From assembly GCA_051294375.1 (NCBI GenBank), contig CM119265.1, positions 6,519,495 through 6,583,488 on the forward strand: a stretch of DNA of 63,994 nt, read 5' to 3'. The notes beneath the pieces were generated by a model. The model saw only the letters and a program-made list of their open reading frames with translations, had not been told where the DNA came from and ran no database searches. This document shows, one piece after another, positions 59,923-63,994 of the stretch. Position numbers and translations under genes: made by a program. Numbering within the stretch: position 1 is the first letter of the stretch; each line of letters opens with the position of its first letter. Source of the DNA: Paraspadella gotoi (taxonomy: Eukaryota; Animalia; Chaetognatha).

Positions 59923-60250
59923 TTTTTAGCCGGATCTGCTTGCAGCAGATTCCGGCTCTATAATTCACTTTGGGGGGGCGGACCGACGGACCGACAATCC
60001 TGTCGGTCATTTAATGAGATCATGTCAGAACCTCAGATTATGATAAATGCAAAAAAAAAAGCCAATGAACGCCCGTTAACTATGAGTGGATGAGGCGACT
60101 TAAAATTTTGTGTGGGTAAAGAAGTGTGTAATTGAGCTGGAAATCCAGTTTCGATGGAATCGTCCGATTAGAAATGAGTTTAAATGGAAAATATAAAAAG
60201 GCTTTCACTATTTTTGTATTAAATGAAAATGAAAAATAATTAATAAATTA
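59923..60250 (+). mobile_element. Internally deleted HINE copy
   Basis: GCCGGATCTGCTTGCAGCAGATTCCGGCTCTATAATTCACTTTG plus one central repeat unit. Confidence 0.7.
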
Positions 60251-61271
60251 TGTATTCAATTAGTTATTATCATATGCATTGCCATTGATAATAGAAAAGT
60301 TTCTTTCGCGCCTTTTACGCTGAGTGTTCTGAAACTGATAAGCCATTCGGAATTCCGCTCACCGCAGGTCTCTGATTAAAATGTTTTCTTCGTAGCGTTT
60401 TGCAGTGACGTCACGAATAAGTCATCGTGAGTCAAAGTAATTTCGTCTTAAGTTTAACTGGATTTGGCCGATTGGAATTCCGTTCCGCAGTATTCTATTC
60501 ATTCATTCCCCACCCCACTCTCCCTCCGTTTTAATAAACCTCGTGTAACTCGGATTCAAAATGATTGATGCTAGTCACTATCAAGTATCAAGAGTAGCTT
60601 GGTTGAAATGATGTTAGACTTCAGAACCGAAACCATTCGAGCTAAAAGTAGAAAATTTGTCATCAATTTGTCATATTTTCTCAATGCCGTAATGCTGAAT
60701 CAATCGTAATGCTGCAAATTTATCTTTTTGTTAAACATTCTCTCGGGAATATGATATTATCCATATTGATAAACTAAGTTCATTTAAATCCGTAAAAAAC
60801 AAAACTGAGAAAAGAATCTTTTTTGGCAAATGACTTGGCATTCGGGAGGAAAAGAAAATCCTTTGTCTTTTAACGACATCACCCGTCATCGCCTCCTCTT
60901 CCTTCGCCTCCGCCGCCCGATGCGTCGACAAGAAACTTCCAGTTGTCCGCCTTTGTCTGTGGCAGCTTTCAAGCTCGCAGTTCCGCAAATCTTTTTTTTT
61001 GGGGGGGGGGGAGTTCCCCTCTCTTTTGACTTAAACACGCTACTCTTTATCTTCTATCTTTCTCCTATTTCTCTCTCTTCCCGTTTCCTCCCTTCTGCAC
61101 TATCTTCCGGCATCGTTTCTCTTTCCCCCACTCCCTCCCACGAATCCCCGGGGAGAAAAGGAAAGAAGAAAGATTTCGCTGAGAAAAAGTTTCTTTTTGG
61201 TGAATGAACCACGAATGGAAAGTTTAAAGACTAAAGAAAAGACGTTGCGTATTACTAAAGGTCAAAATTTA

Positions 61272-62072
61272 TTTTTTAGTCGGATCTGCTTATCAGCAGA
61301 TCCCGACTCTATAATTCACTTTGTCGGTCCGCCCCCTCAATATTGTCGGGCATTTACTTATATCATGTCAGAACATCGAATTATGATAAGTTATGCAAAA
61401 AAAATGTCCGTCCATCCGTCCATCTGTCCGTCCCACCTTAGTAAAAAACACCAATTACTCATGATTGCATGGATGGATTGGAATGAAATTTAGTGTGTGG
61501 TTAGGGAAGTGTGTTATTAAGCTGGATATGAAGTTTCGATGGAATCGTCCGAGTGGAAATGAGTTTAAATGGAAAAAACAAAAAAATATATTTCCTTATT
61601 TAAACACCAATTGCTCATGAGTGGATGGGGCGATTGACCTGAAATTTGTTGGTAGGAAAGTGTGTGATTAAGCTGTAAATTAAGTTTCGTTGGAATCGTT
61701 TGAGTGGAAAAGAGTTTAAATGGAAAAAACAAAAAACCTGTTTTACTAATTGATTATACTTATTTTTCTTTTTATAGTAAATGTAAATGCAAGATGTATT
61801 AATTAATCAAATAATTATTCAGTTATTTAATCAATTAGTCAATTAATTAATCAATAATTAATTAATCAATCAAGTCAAGTGTTATCGGCATTATTCTCAT
61901 CGTCGTGCTTTTGTCGTGGTTAGTGATGAAAAGACCTAAAAACAAACATTTCGGATCAAATTAATTAATTAATTACCTAATTAAATGATTAACTTAAATT
62001 ATTTAATTATTAATTAATTAATTACCGATAATGATCGTGGGCTGATCCGACATTGTTTGCTCAGGCTTGTTC
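61272..62072 (+). mobile_element. HINE/DINE-1-like element, full-length copy
   Basis: Collinear with 10172-10925, including subTIRs (GTCGGATC / GATCCGAC), (CCGT) microsatellite and two tandem units. Confidence 0.75.
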
Positions 62073-62759
62073 TTCATCATATTAGTAAATAAATAGGATT
62101 AATTTAATAATTATTTGTTTATTTCCGAAAAAATTGATTTTCGATGTGTTTTTTTTAATAATTTTAGCATTCACTGATCCAATTTTTAAAAAGAATATTT
62201 TTTTATATATGTAATAGCGATTTTTCATTTTGGAAGATCGAGCGATCGACGTCGTCTAAATAATCGTCGTCGACGAAACGCCACCACCACGACGACGAAA
62301 GTTCGAATCGAAGCGCGGCATCGAAATGTCGTCATCGCAGACTTGCTTGCTTAGTTTCACGGGTATAAATAAAAGGTACATTCGAAGTTAAAAGTATCTG
62401 ATGAACCCCAATGAATGACTTATTTTTAACAATTTGACTTCATCCATATTTGGCTGTTTTGCATCAAACTACAACGTTACATTAATGTTAAATTTGGAGA
62501 AGCGAAAACATAACTATACGTAAAATCTTTTTTAAATAACTGATTCTGATCTCATCTTGGAACAATCGTCAATTACTTTTTTAAAAAACCGCAAAGCCTT
62601 CTTCGAAATAAAATTTAAGTCTCCCAATAAACCCACGCAATATCACCAACGCACACTACTATTTAACAAAAGTCATTAGTTTATTTGAAAGATATTTGGG
62701 AAAGAAAAAGTCTTTAAACTTTATTAAATGGTATATGCCGTCAACAATCACGACGTAAC

Positions 62760-63885
62760 ATGGCACTTTATTTCTTTATTCTCGTTTTCTGCTGTTTCTC
62801 TTTCGTTTGTTTCTCCGACGAAACTCAAAAAGCATCTTTTCCAGGTGAGGTACTGATAACGATTATTTCTGTACCTGTAACTTTTCCTGTTACGACTGCT
62901 GATTTTTAGCCTGTTGCTCGTTTCCCTGCCGAAATCGTGGTATATGCGTTCCGACGGGCGATATCGGAGAGAGCTACACGTGCGACTGCACGCGAACCGG
63001 TTACTATGGAAAGAATTGCGAAAAACCTTTTTGGACGACATGGATGAGGGAAAAGATCCGACCTTCTAAAGCTTACATGCATCACATCTTGGTTGACTGG
63101 AAGTTCAAGCCGTTATGGATATTTGGTAAGAAGCGTAAAATATTGCAAAAAAATAAACTAGTTGCCAGTTGCAAAAAAACCCAGGGCAGAAAGTTGTTTA
63201 ACTATATCTTTTAAATACATAAAAAATGTTAAACCAGTTATTAAGCTTAATATTTACATAAGTAAGTCTAACATTTTATAGTTAGAAAATATAATCTAAC
63301 ATCGTAGTACATGTAATTTTACAATTTTCATACGGACTAAGGTTTGTAAGGTTATTTTACTTTTCTCCTTTTGAACGTCGTGAAATTAAATGGCTGTCAT
63401 AAATAACAAATGGCAAACCATGGAGATTCTCCGCGCGGCGAGAAATAAAAACGAAAAATAAAAATGGAATTTCCCCCTTACTTTATCTTTCCTAATAATA
63501 AATCATTTAATTTTCTGAAGTAAATTCAAACAATGTCGATTACGTGCAACACGAACAACAAAATTGATAATGATAATACGCATTCTAACATTGGCAATAG
63601 TGATTTAAAAAAATATAAGGAGTTTAACTATATTAAAACATTTCTCCACGCAGTGAACAGTTTCGAAGCCGTTCACGACATCTTCACGCGCCACGTGTAC
63701 GAAGCTCGTCGTGATCTGATTGATTCACCCGCGCGATTCGACTCTTTTCATGATTACGCGACTCTCGATGCCGCATTCAACCGGTCTCTTCATGCCCGGG
63801 TGCTGCCTCCCGTCCCCAAAAACTGCCCGACCCCTTTGGGTGTAGTCGGGCCGGAAGAGCTGCCCCCCATCGAGAAGATTGAAAA
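62760..63885 (+). CDS. PTGS: Cyclooxygenase / prostaglandin G/H synthase, first three coding exons (continues off the right edge)
   Basis: Signal-peptide exon 62760-62844; EGF domain CCSFPCRNRGIC...CDCTRTGYYGKNC plus membrane-binding helices 62910-63125; RRDLIDSP...RVLPPVPKNCPTPLGVVG 63654-63885. Confidence 0.93.
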
Positions 63886-63994
63886 GTAAGTTCTGCCTCT
63901 TTGTCATAATAATAATAATAATCGTCAATAATACGAAAACAAAATCGAAACCTTTGCGACCCTATTATTTTAGTTGATGTGCCTTTAATTTTGA

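Noticed and set aside
60301-60325. U5 snRNA loop 1 (GCCTTTTAC)
   Set aside because: The flanking U5 stem and Sm site are absent.
60345-60485. NF-kB/CRE module upstream of COX (GGAATTCC x2, TGACGTCA)
   Set aside because: Short motifs, non-canonical kB sites and an unknown TSS; not supportable from sequence alone.

Overview
AT-rich, compact animal (invertebrate-type) genomic DNA with many 60-80 nt introns. Nine protein-coding genes can be assembled by hand: (1) 5' part of a Regnase/ZC3H12 gene (-, runs off the left edge); (2) golgin-245/GOLGA4 (+); (3) a pancreatic-lipase-family protein that has lost its catalytic Ser (+); (4) MKK7 (-); (5) an unrecognised coiled-coil protein with a Trp/Asp/Gly repeat domain (+); (6) a ZNF280/POGZ-type zinc-finger protein (-); (7) a Pro/RS/acidic low-complexity protein hosting at least 5 intronic C/D snoRNAs (2 U52-like, 2 U95-like, 1 orphan) (+); (8) tropomodulin (+); (9) 5' part of a cyclooxygenase (+, runs off the right edge). 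Introns and intergenic DNA hold a Penelope-like retroelement (PLE) fragment with inverted pseudo-LTRs, several minimal type I hammerhead ribozymes, HINE/Helentron-type elements and MITEs. The most unusual signal is a set of eight 210-325 bp GC-rich, highly structured inserts in four sequence types. Seven have one TA and one CA terminus with 4-bp target duplications. Most carry an internal tRNA-like Pol III promoter, and five sit in or next to PLE-associated repeats. All calls come from reading the sequence and recalled family knowledge; no searches were run, and exon boundaries are hand-inferred.
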